From the NCBI GenBank assembly GCA_963847705.1, contig CAWKBC010000027.1:448001-512000 (forward strand): a stretch of 64,000 nucleotides of DNA, given 5' to 3'. Origin of the DNA: an uncultured Pseudomonadota bacterium (GTDB taxonomy: Bacteria; Myxococcota_A; Polyangia; Fen-1088). Numbering within the stretch: position 1 is the stretch's first letter; each line of letters opens with the position of its first letter. Shown here one piece after another: positions 64,000 to 64,000 of the stretch. Position numbers and translations under genes: made by a program. A model generated the notes under the pieces. The model did no database searches. It was not told where the DNA came from and saw only the letters and a list, made by a program, of their open reading frames with translations.

Positions 64000-64000
64000 G

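Overview
High-GC (roughly 70% by eye) bacterial chromosomal region, almost certainly Myxococcota. Evidence: three MYXO-CTERM-type sorting tails, many Gly/Thr-stalked and Cys-rich lipoproteins, three ECF sigma/anti-sigma cassettes and a Ser/Thr kinase. About 52 genes; no rRNA, tRNA, CRISPR or intact mobile element was seen. Housekeeping and metabolic genes (sirtuin, NDH-2, MFS, ROK, arylsulfatase, APC permease, DEAD-box helicase, pirin, GNAT, c-di-GMP enzymes, KaiC-like ATPase plus hybrid kinase) are interspersed with many exported proteins of unknown function. The main unannotated signals are non-coding. (1) An exact bipartite motif TTTTTTCCTAACC-N16-CCACTG lies upstream of an ECF sigma/FecR anti-sigma/knottin-repeat operon and of the convergent Cys-repeat plus CxxCH-propeller operon, defining a candidate self-contained surface-signalling module at 45.0-53.1 kb. 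(2) A second motif, TGAGCy-N17-rCACyTy, precedes 4-5 dispersed exported-protein genes. (3) Many genes have a TAnnnT box 5-7 nt before the start codon, suggesting leaderless mRNAs. (4) There is a 3 x 79-bp double-hairpin tandem array. Three single-base frameshifts look like sequencing errors. All functional calls come from motif recognition by eye, not database searches; several start codons were re-chosen relative to the ORF track.
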